From an uncultured Pseudomonadota bacterium (GTDB lineage: Bacteria > Oederibacteriota > Muellerivitia > Muellerivitales > Muellerivitaceae): a stretch of 64,000 nucleotides of DNA. Position numbers and translations under genes: made by a program. The stretch's first letter is position 1. Each line of letters begins with the position of its first letter. The stretch is from the NCBI GenBank assembly GCA_963836235.1, contig CAWIIP010000005.1, positions 32,001 through 96,000 on the forward strand, read 5' to 3'. Shown here in pieces: positions 27,577 through 38,841 of the stretch. Below the pieces are notes generated by a model that worked only from the letters and a program-made list of their open reading frames with translations, was not told where the DNA came from and searched no databases.

Positions 27577-28899
27577 TCAAAAATAGCCGATACCCACTTG
27601 GGGCTTATCCAGATTCGGCAAGTTTAACTTCCCATCTCGCTTGCCCATAAGCCAATAGGCCCTCAGCTCGCCCTTGCCCTTCACGTCAATAAGGCCTCGT
27701 TCTTCCATCAAATAACGCTTTTGCAAGCGCTCATAGACCTTTTCACTCACTTGAATCCGGCCCGCTTGGCTGTTGGATTCCATGCGATTGGCCACGTTTA
27801 CGGTGTCTCCCCATAGGTCATAGCTGAACTTCCGGCGGCCGATCACCCCGGCCACCACCGGACCGCAATGGATGCCGACGCGAAGTTCCAACTGATGGGC
27901 GCTGGTGACGCGCTTTTGAAAAACCTCCTGCATGGCCAGGGCCATATCCGCCATGGATTCCAAATGGCCGCTATTGGGTTTGGGCAGGTTTCCCACCACC
28001 ATATAGGCGTCGCCGATCGTCTTGATTTTTTCCAAGCTGAACTCTTCGGCTAGGATATCAAAAAGGCTGAAGATGCTATTAAGCATCGCCACCACCGCGG
28101 CGGCCGGCATTTGCGATGAAAACTGAGTAAAACCGGCGATATCGGCGAATAATACACTGGCATCCGGAAAAGACTCGGAAATGGTGGTATGCCGGCTTTT
28201 CAATTTTTCGGCGATGCTATCCGGCAGGATGTTCCTTAAAAGCCGTTCCGTCTTTTCATGCTCCCTCGTGAAAAGAACATGTTCTTCCTCCAATTGTTCG
28301 GAAAGAGTGCGTTTCAATCGAAACACAAAACCAATGGAAAAGAAGAGAATAAAGCTGTTTCCGGTGAGGTTGATCATCAAAAGATAAGGGGAATAGACCG
28401 GAGGGATGTGAAAACCGTGGGCCACCCAGTAACTTTCGGTCAGCAAGGAAACACCCACGAGGCCGATAAAAGCCACAAGCCAAAGCCAGGCCAAGGGCAG
28501 TTCCTGGAAAATAGCCACCAGGGGAGCCACGATGGCCCAAAGGCCCAACCCGCCCGTATGGGCGAAACCGCCGAGAAAGGACTGGGTTACGAAAGGGAAA
28601 AAAAGGCTTAAGAAAATATGCAGATGAAGAAGGGGCCGATAGAAGCGAGGCATGTAAAAGAAGGTAACTGCCATGCCCAGATCAAGGGCGCATATTCCAA
28701 AGCCAATCATGCCCCCAACCCACATCCCAAAGAAAATAAACAAAATGCCCGCGACCAGGGAGACTAAAAAACTGGCGATCACACCGGCCAAGAAAAGTTT
28801 CTTGCGAAGGCGAAGTTCCTCCGCCTCGTTCACATGGACGACGGAACCCACCGAATATTCCAGAAACTTCTCGAGGTAGTAGTAATAAAGATTTTTCAT
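27577..28899 (-). CDS. Membrane-bound class III adenylate/guanylate cyclase
   Basis: 6 TM plus LFADIAGFT, KIKTIGDAYM, YDLWGDTVNVANRMES. Confidence 0.93.
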   Translation of the reverse strand: MKNLYYYYLEKFLEYSVGSVVHVNEAEELRLRKKLFLAGVIASFLVSLVAGILFIFFGMWVGGMIGFGICALDLGMAVTFFYMPRFYRPLLHLHIFLSLFFPFVTQSFLGGFAHTGGLGLWAIVAPLVAIFQELPLAWLWLVAFIGLVGVSLLTESYWVAHGFHIPPVYSPYLLMINLTGNSFILFFSIGFVFRLKRTLSEQLEEEHVLFTREHEKTERLLRNILPDSIAEKLKSRHTTISESFPDASVLFADIAGFTQFSSQMPAAAVVAMLNSIFSLFDILAEEFSLEKIKTIGDAYMVVGNLPKPNSGHLESMADMALAMQEVFQKRVTSAHQLELRVGIHCGPVVAGVIGRRKFSYDLWGDTVNVANRMESNSQAGRIQVSEKVYERLQKRYLMEERGLIDVKGKGELRAYWLMGKRDGKLNLPNLDKPQVGIGYF

Positions 28900-28918
28900 T
28901 TAATGTGGCTTCTTCTCC

Positions 28919-30010
28919 CTAGTTCTTGCCTTTCCTTCCCATCATGTCCAAGGCAACCGCGATCACCAGGATGCTTCCCTTGATAATGGGTTGCCAGAAA
29001 GCCTCGGTATTCATCAGGCTCATGCCGTTATCCAGCGACGCCATGACCAAGCCCCCCAATATGGCGCCCCATACCGTTCCCCGCCCACCCATCAGAGAAG
29101 TCCCACCGATAACAGCTGAGGCGATGGCGTCCAGTTCCATCATACGGCCCGCGTCCGAGGTCGCCGCGCCAACCCGAGCCGTCAAAAGGATACCCGCGAT
29201 GCCCACCATGGAACCCATTAAAGTAAAAACCAACACGATATGTTGATTGATGTTGATGCCGGAATAAAAGGCCGCTTCCCGGTTACCACCGATAGCGTAA
29301 AGGTGCCGCCCAAAAGGCGTTTGTTGGGCCAAAATCGAGAAAAGGGCGGCGAAAAAAATCATCAATACCACCGGAACAGGAATACCCTGATAGGCATTCA
29401 TAATAGCGACGAAGATACCGACGAGGACCAATAAGCCGATCCATTTCCAACACCCTCCACTCTTAGCGGTGAAAGCCTTAGCCAAAAAAAACAGGGCGAG
29501 CAGCCCAAAAAGCACCCATCCAAATAATTGGGAAACATAAGCTTGGCCTACATAGAGATAGTCCGGCGTGGGGCTGATGGCCACACCACCGGTCAAACCC
29601 AATAAGGCGCCTTGGAAGACCAGCATGCCGCCCAGGGTCACGATAAAGGGCGGAATATTGAACCAGGTCACCAAGTGGCCTTGAACATGGCCTAGCAAGG
29701 CCCCCAGAAAGATGGTCACGGCAAAGGTGGCCCAAAGAGGCCAGCCATGGGTAACGAAAAGAACCGCCGAAACTGCGCCCAAAAAGCCCGTCATGGCCCC
29801 AACCGAAAGGTCAATCTGCCCCGCCACGATGACCAGCACCATGCCGATGGCCAGGATCGAAGTCACCGACATTTGCCGCATGAGCAGGGACAGGTTGCGG
29901 GGTTTAAGAAATGTTCCATCGGTGGTTATGGAGAAAATAATCCATATTACCAATAGTGCCCCCACCATCGTGAGCGCCCGCCAGGGAATGTTCAGTTTAT
30001 TTTCTTTCAT
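28919..30010 (-). CDS. xylH: Monosaccharide ABC transporter permease (XylH-like)
   Basis: IDLSVG, IPPFIVTLGG, YAIGGNREAA, ELDAIASAVIGGTSLMGG. Confidence 0.85.
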   Translation of the reverse strand: MKENKLNIPWRALTMVGALLVIWIIFSITTDGTFLKPRNLSLLMRQMSVTSILAIGMVLVIVAGQIDLSVGAMTGFLGAVSAVLFVTHGWPLWATFAVTIFLGALLGHVQGHLVTWFNIPPFIVTLGGMLVFQGALLGLTGGVAISPTPDYLYVGQAYVSQLFGWVLFGLLALFFLAKAFTAKSGGCWKWIGLLVLVGIFVAIMNAYQGIPVPVVLMIFFAALFSILAQQTPFGRHLYAIGGNREAAFYSGININQHIVLVFTLMGSMVGIAGILLTARVGAATSDAGRMMELDAIASAVIGGTSLMGGRGTVWGAILGGLVMASLDNGMSLMNTEAFWQPIIKGSILVIAVALDMMGRKGKN

Positions 30011-30062
30011 GCTTTCTCTTTTCTCCCTCTCCACTTGTGGGAGAGAAAAATAAAAAAATCGT

Positions 30063-31583
30063 TTATGCGCCAACTTTCAACGCCGCCGCGGCCAGAACTC
30101 TCTCAGGCGTCGCTTCCGCCGCTTCCAACTTGGCGGTCGTCCGCCCCTGGTTCAAAACCAAAACCCGGTGGCTCAATCCCAAAATTTCAGGAAGGTCCGA
30201 GGAAACAAGGACAATACCGATGCCTTGGGAAGCCAACTGGCCCATCAATTCGTAAATTTCCGATTTGGCTCCCACGTCAATCCCCCGGGTAGGTTCATCC
30301 AGTAACAGGACCTTTGGCTTGGTCATGAGCCATTTCCCCAGCACCACCTTTTGCTGGTTGCCTCCCGAAAGCTTGTTCGCCCAAACCAAAAGGTTGGACG
30401 CTTTGATGCGCATGGCTTTAACTTGAATTTCGCATTGCCGTTCAATGGCTGGATGGTCCAAAAACCCGTGTTTCACCAGCTTACGCATGAAAGCCAAAAT
30501 AAGGTTTTCCTCCACCGCGCTTTCTAAAACCAGACCGTATTTCTTGCGGTCCTCGCTCACTAGGGCCACACCCGCCTGAATGGCCTTTTCGGGCGAGGAA
30601 AAGAGTGGCTGGGGTTTCCCTTGGACCACCAGTGACCCCTGGGTTTTTCCCCGGGCCGCCCCGAAAAGTGAACTAAGAAGAGCCGTCCGGCCCGATCCCA
30701 TCAGCCCGGCGATGCCTAAAACTTCCCCTTGTCTGACTTCAAACGACACCTTTTGAACCACGTAGCGGCCCGGATTGACCGGGTCTTCAACGCTGAAATC
30801 CTTAACCGCCAAAAGGGTTTCTCCCATCGCGGTTCCGGGCCGGAGATAAAGGTTTTTCACTTCCCGTCCGACCATGTGGGAAATGATTTTTTCCTGACTC
30901 AATTGCGACATAGGCGCGGTCACGATGGACTTCCCATCCCGCAAAACGGTAACCCGGTCCGCGATCTGGCCCACTTCCTCCAAACGATGGCTGATATAGA
31001 TGGAGGAAACACCCTTTTTTTTCAGTTGTTTAAGGAATTCCAGGAGCCGATGGGCGTCGGCTTCGGTTAAAGCCGCCGTCGGCTCGTCCAGCACGAGGAT
31101 TTCGGCTTTTTTGGAAAGAGCCTTGGCGATTTCGATCATTTGCTGCTGGCCGATACCCAATTCCTTGACGGGCCTATCCAATCCCAGAGGTAGGCCCACC
31201 AAATCCAAGGCTCTTTGGGCCTCCCGATGAACCTCCTCCCATCGAATGAAGCCGCCTTTTACGGGCCAACGGCCTAAAAGGAGATTCTCGGCGACCGTGA
31301 GTTCGGGGACCAAAGCCAGTTCCTGGGCGATCAGGGCAATGCCTTTTTCTTCGGAAGCTTTCAGGTTTTTAAAATGAACAGGCTGATTATTGAGAAGGAC
31401 TTCACCGCCATAGGAGCCGGAGGGATGGTAACCGCAAAGGATTTTAATAAGCGTACTTTTGCCGGCGCCGTTTTCGCCGCAGAGGGCGTGAATCTCGCCC
31501 ATTTCCAGGTCAAAGGAAACGCCGTCCAGGGCCTTTACGCCCGGAAATTCCTTGGTGATGTTTTTAAGTTCCAACAAAGGCAT
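30063..31583 (-). CDS. xylG: Monosaccharide ABC transporter ATPase (XylG-like)
   Basis: GENGAGKSTL, LDEPTAAL, LSGGNQQK, LDEPTRGIDVGAK; start at MPLLEL. Confidence 0.88.
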   Translation of the reverse strand: MPLLELKNITKEFPGVKALDGVSFDLEMGEIHALCGENGAGKSTLIKILCGYHPSGSYGGEVLLNNQPVHFKNLKASEEKGIALIAQELALVPELTVAENLLLGRWPVKGGFIRWEEVHREAQRALDLVGLPLGLDRPVKELGIGQQQMIEIAKALSKKAEILVLDEPTAALTEADAHRLLEFLKQLKKKGVSSIYISHRLEEVGQIADRVTVLRDGKSIVTAPMSQLSQEKIISHMVGREVKNLYLRPGTAMGETLLAVKDFSVEDPVNPGRYVVQKVSFEVRQGEVLGIAGLMGSGRTALLSSLFGAARGKTQGSLVVQGKPQPLFSSPEKAIQAGVALVSEDRKKYGLVLESAVEENLILAFMRKLVKHGFLDHPAIERQCEIQVKAMRIKASNLLVWANKLSGGNQQKVVLGKWLMTKPKVLLLDEPTRGIDVGAKSEIYELMGQLASQGIGIVLVSSDLPEILGLSHRVLVLNQGRTTAKLEAAEATPERVLAAAALKVGA

Positions 31584-31588
31584 GATGA

Positions 31589-31691
31589 ACCGCCAAGGCG
31601 CCGAATCCGCCAAAAAAATCAAAAACAAACCCAGAGAATTTCTTAAAACTTTTTCTTCGTTGTCTCTTGGCGTTCTTGGCGTCTTGGCGGT
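31589..31691. repeat. Intergenic inverted-repeat element built of CGCCAAG units
   Basis: accgccaaggcgccgaatccgccaa...cttggcgttcttggcgtcttggcggt. Confidence 0.75.
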
Positions 31692-31696
31692 AAAAA

Positions 31697-32707
31697 TTAC
31701 TTTTTATACACGTCTTCTTTTTTCTGGTAGCCGTCGGCTATGACGGTGGAATCTAAATTGGCCTTGTCCACCTCGATGGGTTCCAAAAGGATAGAAGAGA
31801 CGTCTTTCTTGCCGTTATTAACCGTTGAAGTCTTGTCCGTCAGGGGCTGCTTTTGGGCCAGAGCTATCGCCAGCTCAGCCGCCTTTTCCGCCAGTTTCTG
31901 GATAGGCTTATAGACCGTCATGCTCTGGGTACCCGCCACGATGCGCTGGCAACCGGCCAAATCCGCGTCCTGGCCCGATACCAGCACCTTTCCCGCCAAG
32001 TTTTGCTCGGAGAGCGCCTGGATGGCGCCGCCCGCCGTGCCGTCATTGGAAACCAAAACCGCGTCCACTTTGTTGTTGTTCTTGGTCAGGGCATTCTCGG
32101 TAATTTTCAGGGCTTCAACCGCTTGCCAATCCGTGGCCCATTGGTCCACGACCACCTTGATGTCCCCCTTATCCACGTAGGGTTTCAGGATATTCATCTG
32201 TCCCTGGCGGAACATGATGGCGTTGTGGTCCGTTGGGGCCCCGCCGATCAGCACATAATTCCCTTTGGGCTGATGCTTAACGAGATAGTCAGCCTGCATC
32301 TCTCCCACTTTCACGTTGTCAAAGGAAACATAAAGGTCCAGGTCACAATCATTGATGAGCCGGTCATAGGCAAGTACGGGAACACCCGCCTTGTGAGCCG
32401 ACTCCACGATAGTGGCCGCGCTCTTTCCATTATGGGGAACCACTACCAAGACGTTTACGCCCTCGGTCAGGAGGTTCTCGGCTTGGGAATTTTGGAGGGC
32501 GTCATCCGAATTGGCGGCCTGCACCAGCACATCCGCCCCCAGGGCCTTGCACTTGGCCACGAAAAGATCGCGGTCGTGCTGCCAGCGTTCTTCCTTGAGG
32601 GTATCCAGCGAAAGCCCGATTTTAATTTTGTTGTTTGATCCATGATTTCCACATCCCGCCAGCAAAACAATGGCCAATCCAAAGACCGCCAAGGGCTTCA
32701 ATCGCAT
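31697..32707 (-). CDS. xylF: D-xylose-type ABC substrate-binding lipoprotein
   Basis: Lipobox LAGC; ERWQHDRDLF, AYDRLI, SFDNVKVG, GGAPTDHNA, SGQDAD, QSMTVYKP. Confidence 0.88.
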   Translation of the reverse strand: MRLKPLAVFGLAIVLLAGCGNHGSNNKIKIGLSLDTLKEERWQHDRDLFVAKCKALGADVLVQAANSDDALQNSQAENLLTEGVNVLVVVPHNGKSAATIVESAHKAGVPVLAYDRLINDCDLDLYVSFDNVKVGEMQADYLVKHQPKGNYVLIGGAPTDHNAIMFRQGQMNILKPYVDKGDIKVVVDQWATDWQAVEALKITENALTKNNNKVDAVLVSNDGTAGGAIQALSEQNLAGKVLVSGQDADLAGCQRIVAGTQSMTVYKPIQKLAEKAAELAIALAQKQPLTDKTSTVNNGKKDVSSILLEPIEVDKANLDSTVIADGYQKKEDVYKK

Positions 32708-32920
32708 GGGTTCCTCCCAGTGGTATTAAAAGGCGAATAGGATTATAAGGCATGTGCGAGCGGGGGAAAAAAAGATTCAAAGATTTAACCCTCAAAAAAA
32801 CCGCCATTGAAACAACAGTCCTTGTTTTCCAGGTTGTTTCACCACCGAACCTGGTTGACTAAAAATTTGTTTTTTGTAATCCTCATGCAGGAATTACTAA
32901 TCCCGGCCTCAGAATGAACC

Positions 32921-33952
32921 ATGCCCAAATTGGACCAATATCTCCAAGTCTGTATTGACGGAAAAGGTTCCGACCTTCACGTCTCCTCCGAGTCCCCCGT
33001 TTATGTGCGCCAATTGGGCAGACTCCAACCTATCACCGAACCTCTTCCGGTCCAAACCTGCGAGGAACTGATTTTCGAAATCCTAGACCCCGCCACCGCC
33101 GATAGACTGAAGACGGAATGGGAAGTGGACACTTCCTACACCATGGCCAGCGGGGAGCGCTTCCGGGTTAACGCCTACCGCCAACGCAAGGGTTGGGACG
33201 CGGTGCTGCGCCATTTCAGTTCCCGGGTCGCCTCCATCGACGAGCTGGGCTTGCCGCCCATTCTGAAAAAATTTTCCGACGCCAACCAGGGCCTCATCCT
33301 CATCACCGGTCCCGGCCGTTCCGGCAAATCCACCACCTGTGCCGCGCTGGTGGACTACATGAACCAGGAAAGTGAGGAGCACATCATTACCATTGAGGAT
33401 CCGGTGGAATATATTCACCAGCGCAAGCGCTCCCTCATCAACCAACGCAGCGTTGGCCCCCACACCGCCAGCTTTTCGGCGGCTCTTCGCAGCGCCTTAC
33501 GGGAGGATCCGGATATCATCGTGGTGGGGGAAATGCGCGACACCGAAACCATGAGCCTGGCCTTGACCGCCGCTGAAACGGGGCATTTGGTCATCGGAAC
33601 CCTTCACACCGGTTCGGCTGCCGCCACTATTTCCCGCGTTATCAATCTTTTCCCTGCCGCCGAACAGTCCCAGGCCATCGCCAGCTTATCCGAGAGCCTG
33701 GTCGGCATCCTGTCCCAGCGCCTGTTGGTCAACGCCGAGGGGACCGCCATGGTTCCGGCTTTTGAGATTCTCGTGAATTCCCTTGCCATGGCCAACACCA
33801 TCCGAGCCGAGGAATACCACAGAATCCCATCGATGATTACCACCGGAAGCGCCGTTGGGATGCAAACCATGGAAGCCGCCTTGAAAGCCCTGGCCGCAGC
33901 CAAGAAAATCACCCAGGCTCAGGCAGACGAGATACTGCTGGAGGAGTCCTGA
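32921..33952 (+). CDS. pilT: PilT/PilU family type IV pilus ATPase
   Basis: GSDLH, GPGRSGKSTT, TIEDPVE, ALREDPDIIVVGEMRD, GHLVIGTLHT. Confidence 0.88.
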   Translation: MPKLDQYLQVCIDGKGSDLHVSSESPVYVRQLGRLQPITEPLPVQTCEELIFEILDPATADRLKTEWEVDTSYTMASGERFRVNAYRQRKGWDAVLRHFSSRVASIDELGLPPILKKFSDANQGLILITGPGRSGKSTTCAALVDYMNQESEEHIITIEDPVEYIHQRKRSLINQRSVGPHTASFSAALRSALREDPDIIVVGEMRDTETMSLALTAAETGHLVIGTLHTGSAAATISRVINLFPAAEQSQAIASLSESLVGILSQRLLVNAEGTAMVPAFEILVNSLAMANTIRAEEYHRIPSMITTGSAVGMQTMEAALKALAAAKKITQAQADEILLEES

Positions 33953-35052
33953 TGGCAACCATCGACAGCCTTTTTGAGAAAATGGTGGAACGCAAAGCTT
34001 CCGATATGCACCTGACCATCGGCAACCCTCCCTTGATCCGCGTGCGGGGCGACTTGGTTCCTTTGGATGATTGGATCGTCACCGACCAGGTTCTGCATGT
34101 TCTTTTGTTTGAAACCATGACTCCGGAACAATGGGAATTGTGCTGGCAACGTCACGACTATGACTATGCCTATGAGGTTCCCGGGCTGGCCCGTTTCCGG
34201 TCCAACGTTTTTTTCAACCAACAGGGTATCGCCGCGGTGTTCCGGACTATCCCGGCCAAAATTTTGACGCTGGACGACCTCGGAATGCCCCCGGTCTTGA
34301 GGGAAATGTGCAAAGTGAAACGGGGACTCATTTTAGTTACCGGTCCCACGGGAAGCGGAAAATCCACGACTCTGGCGGGCATGATTGATGAAATCAATTC
34401 CAACCGGGAAGCCAATATCCTCACAATTGAGGACCCCATCGAGTTCGTCCACCCCGTGAAGAAATGCAAGATCACCCAGCGGGAAGTCCACCGTGACACC
34501 CATTCCTTTAAAGCGGCCCTGCGTTCCTCCATGCGCCAGGACCCGGACATCATTCTGGTGGGTGAAATGAGGGATTATGAGACTATTTCGTTAGCCATCG
34601 CCGCGGCGGAAATGGGCATTTTGGTCTTTGGAACCTTGCACACCAACTCCGCCGCAAAAACCATCGACCGCATCATCAATGTTTTTCCATCGGATGAACG
34701 GGAAAAAGCCCGTGGCGCCTTAGCCGCCAGCACGAAGGGCATCGTGGCCCAACAATTGTGCCCCACCAAGGACGGAAAAGGGCGTTGTGCGGCCATTGAG
34801 ATACTAACCTATGAAAGAAGCCTTCCCAACCTTATCCGTACCGGAAAAATCTCGGGGCTTAATTCCCTCATAGAATTAAGCGGCAAAGCGGGCATGCAAA
34901 CCATGGACCAGTGTCTGATGAGGTACTTGGAAGCCGACAAGATTACCGCCGAACAGGCTTATTTGAAGGCTAACGAGAAGAAACGGTTCCAACCCTTGAT
35001 GGAAAAAGAATTGGCCGAGGCAAAAAATGGAATCCAGAAATCCCACGCCTAA
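33952..35052 (+). CDS. pilT: PilT/PilU family type IV pilus ATPase, second paralog
   Basis: ASDMH, GPTGSGKSTT, TIEDPIE, RQDPDIILVGEMRD, GTLHT; TGATG overlap with upstream gene. Confidence 0.9.
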   Translation: MATIDSLFEKMVERKASDMHLTIGNPPLIRVRGDLVPLDDWIVTDQVLHVLLFETMTPEQWELCWQRHDYDYAYEVPGLARFRSNVFFNQQGIAAVFRTIPAKILTLDDLGMPPVLREMCKVKRGLILVTGPTGSGKSTTLAGMIDEINSNREANILTIEDPIEFVHPVKKCKITQREVHRDTHSFKAALRSSMRQDPDIILVGEMRDYETISLAIAAAEMGILVFGTLHTNSAAKTIDRIINVFPSDEREKARGALAASTKGIVAQQLCPTKDGKGRCAAIEILTYERSLPNLIRTGKISGLNSLIELSGKAGMQTMDQCLMRYLEADKITAEQAYLKANEKKRFQPLMEKELAEAKNGIQKSHA

Positions 35053-35076
35053 AAAAATAAAACTTTCCAAACCCAC

Positions 35077-35110
35077 AAAAAAAGGGTGGGCCCTTTGGGT
35101 CCACCCTTTT
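35077..35110. terminator. Bidirectional intrinsic terminator between convergent pilT and ahcY
   Basis: aaaaaaagggtgggccc-ttt-gggtccaccctttt. Confidence 0.85.
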
Positions 35111-35146
35111 AATTTTTCAACTCAACCCCATCAACTACTAAACTTT

Positions 35147-36403
<1,257 letters not shown>

Positions 36404-36426
36404 TTAAATCGTTCCTCCGAATATTT

Positions 36427-36517
36427 ACCGTCAAGACGCTAAGCGCCAAGAACGGCTTAAAGTTCAATTGCAAAAGAAGTCATGCCTTGAGCCACATCTT
36501 TTTGGCGTCTTGGCGGT
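36427..36517. repeat. Second CGCCAAG-unit inverted-repeat element
   Basis: accgtcaagacgctaagcgccaag...ttggcgtcttggcggt. Confidence 0.72.
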
Positions 36518-36524
36518 GAAACGG

Positions 36525-37697
36525 CTATTTCAGTTTTGCGGCTTTACGAAGAGCGGCGGCTTTATCCGTTTTTTCCCAGGTGAAGTCCTTATCATGTCGT
36601 CCAAAGTGGCCGTAAGCGGCGGTCTTTTGATAAATAGGCCGGCGCAAATTGAGAGATTTCATGATTCCTCGCGGGGTCAGATCAAATACCTTGCGCACCA
36701 ACTGGGTGATTTGCTCTTCGGGAAGGCGTCCAGTTCCGAAGGTGTGGACTAGAACGCTGGTGGGTTCGGCCACGCCGATAGCGTAAGAAACCTGCACTTC
36801 ACATTGATCGGCCAAACCAGCCGCCACAATATTTTTGGCTACCCAACGCGCAGCGTAGGCAGCGGAGCGGTCGACCTTCGAAGGATCTTTTCCCGAAAAT
36901 GCGCCGCCACCATGGCGGCCGTATCCGCCATAGGTATCGACAATGATCTTGCGCCCGGTCAGGCCCGTATCGCCCAAGGGCCCTCCAATCTCGAAACGGC
37001 CAGTTGGGTTTACAAAAATCTTGGTTTTGCTGTCAATCATGTGGGAAGGAATGACTGGCTTGATCACATGGCGGATGACCTCCGCCCGAAGCTTGCTTTG
37101 GTTGACCGGAGCATGTTGGGTTGAAACTACCACCGCGTCCACGCGAACCGGCTTTCCACCAATGTATTCCACCGAAACCTGGCTTTTGCCATCAGGCCGC
37201 AGATAACTGATTTTCTTGGACTTGCGGACTTGCGCCAGTTTTTCCACTAAACGATGGGCCAGCATGATGGGAAGCGGCATCAGTTCTGGTGTTTCCCGGC
37301 AGGCGAATCCGAACATCATGCCCTGGTCACCCGCTCCACCCGTATCCACGCCCATAGCGATATCGGGCGATTGGCGGTTGATGGCCACGGAAACCCCGCA
37401 GGTATCCGCATCCAAGCCGGCCTTGGCGTCGATATAACCGATCTTTCGGATCGTATCCCGGACCACTTGGGTCCAGTTCACCTGGGCTTTGGTGGTGATT
37501 TCACCCGCCACCACCACCCAATTGCAAGTTAAAAGCGTTTCACAAGCGACACGGCTAAAGGGATCCTCTTTCAGGCAAGCGTCTAAAATTCCATCCGATA
37601 CCGCGTCCGCCACCTTGTCCGGATGGCCTTCGGTTACTGATTCCGACGTGAAAAAAAACTTTTCCTTGCCCAATGGCGAAAGCGCGGCACTCTTCAT
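36525..37697 (-). CDS. metK: S-adenosylmethionine synthetase
   Basis: [28 protein letters not shown]. Confidence 0.98.
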   Translation of the reverse strand: MKSAALSPLGKEKFFFTSESVTEGHPDKVADAVSDGILDACLKEDPFSRVACETLLTCNWVVVAGEITTKAQVNWTQVVRDTIRKIGYIDAKAGLDADTCGVSVAINRQSPDIAMGVDTGGAGDQGMMFGFACRETPELMPLPIMLAHRLVEKLAQVRKSKKISYLRPDGKSQVSVEYIGGKPVRVDAVVVSTQHAPVNQSKLRAEVIRHVIKPVIPSHMIDSKTKIFVNPTGRFEIGGPLGDTGLTGRKIIVDTYGGYGRHGGGAFSGKDPSKVDRSAAYAARWVAKNIVAAGLADQCEVQVSYAIGVAEPTSVLVHTFGTGRLPEEQITQLVRKVFDLTPRGIMKSLNLRRPIYQKTAAYGHFGRHDKDFTWEKTDKAAALRKAAKLK

Positions 37698-37817
37698 TCC
37701 AAATCTCCTTTGAGGGATAAATTAACATCATTAGCTGCTAACGATCAGTGAAGTTATGGCGTGGAGAAAACAATCATCCTTGTTAAAAGATACAGAAAAT
37801 CATTGACGAAAACGAAA

Positions 37818-37844
37818 GCCCTTATTCCATCTCTGGAAAAGGGC
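37818..37844 (-). terminator. Probable terminator of the sugar ABC operon
   Basis: Minus strand gcccttttcca-gaga-tggaataagggc followed by tttcgttttc, about 50 bp after the permease stop. Confidence 0.55.
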
Positions 37845-37892
37845 CAATTCAGAAAAGTAATTATAGGTTTTAAAGTCAAAATTTCAAACGAA

Positions 37893-38834
37893 CTATTTCA
37901 ATCCCGTGGTCGCGATACCCTGAATAAAGTACCTCTGTCCTACCAAGAAGATAATCGCAATCGGGATGGATACCAACAAGGATGCCGCCATCAAGAGGTG
38001 GTAATCTTGTCCATAGAGCGAAACGAAGTTTTTTAAGCCTAAAGACAGTGTTTTCTTGCTGTTGGAATCCAAATAAATCAGGGGGTTTAGGTAATCCATC
38101 CAGTTATAAACGAAGGCAAATACCGCAACGGTCGTAAGGGCTGGTTTACAAAGCGGCAATAGAATCCGCCAATAAACTCCAAAATTACTGCAACCATCGA
38201 TTTTAGCGGCTTCGTCCATCTCATAGGGAATGCTCATGAAAAACTGCCGCATCAGAAAAATGTTATAAGCTCCGCCCCCCAGAAAAGCAGGGACAATCAA
38301 GGGATAAAAGGTATCGTACCACCCCAAATTCTTAAAAAGTATGAAGGTCGGTATCATAGTCACTTGAGCCGGAACCATCATGGTAGCCAGGCACAAAAGA
38401 AACAGTGGGCCCCGACCCGGAAAACGAAGACGGGCGAAAGCAAAAGCCACCAGTGAGGAAGACATTGTTGCCCCCAAGCAACTCAAAACGGAAATCGTGA
38501 GGGTATTCACAATATAGGTAGTGAAAGTGATTCCATGGAAAGTGATTCCGAGGAAACTCCAATCTTCTCCGGAGTACATTCCCGAAATGGTCCAGGCTGT
38601 AGGATAATTTTCAAAATGAAGAGGGTTCGGAATCCAAACAGGCGGAACCGAAAATACATCCGTCCTCGTTTTGAAAGAAGTGGAGAGCATCCAGACAATA
38701 GGCAACATCATGATGAAGGACCCAAAGATCAAAAGAGCTGAAACGACAATCTTAGTGATTTTCTCGGTGCGACGTTTGCTGGCCCAAAAGCCGTCTGGCG
38801 CGGCGGTCGGAGAGGCGATGGTTTGTTCGGTCAT
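37893..38834 (-). CDS. Carbohydrate ABC transporter permease (CUT1, MalG-like)
   Basis: EAAKIDG loop, AFAFARLRFPG. Confidence 0.93.
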   Translation of the reverse strand: MTEQTIASPTAAPDGFWASKRRTEKITKIVVSALLIFGSFIMMLPIVWMLSTSFKTRTDVFSVPPVWIPNPLHFENYPTAWTISGMYSGEDWSFLGITFHGITFTTYIVNTLTISVLSCLGATMSSSLVAFAFARLRFPGRGPLFLLCLATMMVPAQVTMIPTFILFKNLGWYDTFYPLIVPAFLGGGAYNIFLMRQFFMSIPYEMDEAAKIDGCSNFGVYWRILLPLCKPALTTVAVFAFVYNWMDYLNPLIYLDSNSKKTLSLGLKNFVSLYGQDYHLLMAASLLVSIPIAIIFLVGQRYFIQGIATTGLK

Positions 38835-38841
38835 ATTTTCC

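Noticed and set aside
37700-37890. SAM riboswitch upstream of metK
   Set aside because: No recognisable SAM-I core; the one strong hairpin fits a terminator for the upstream operon.
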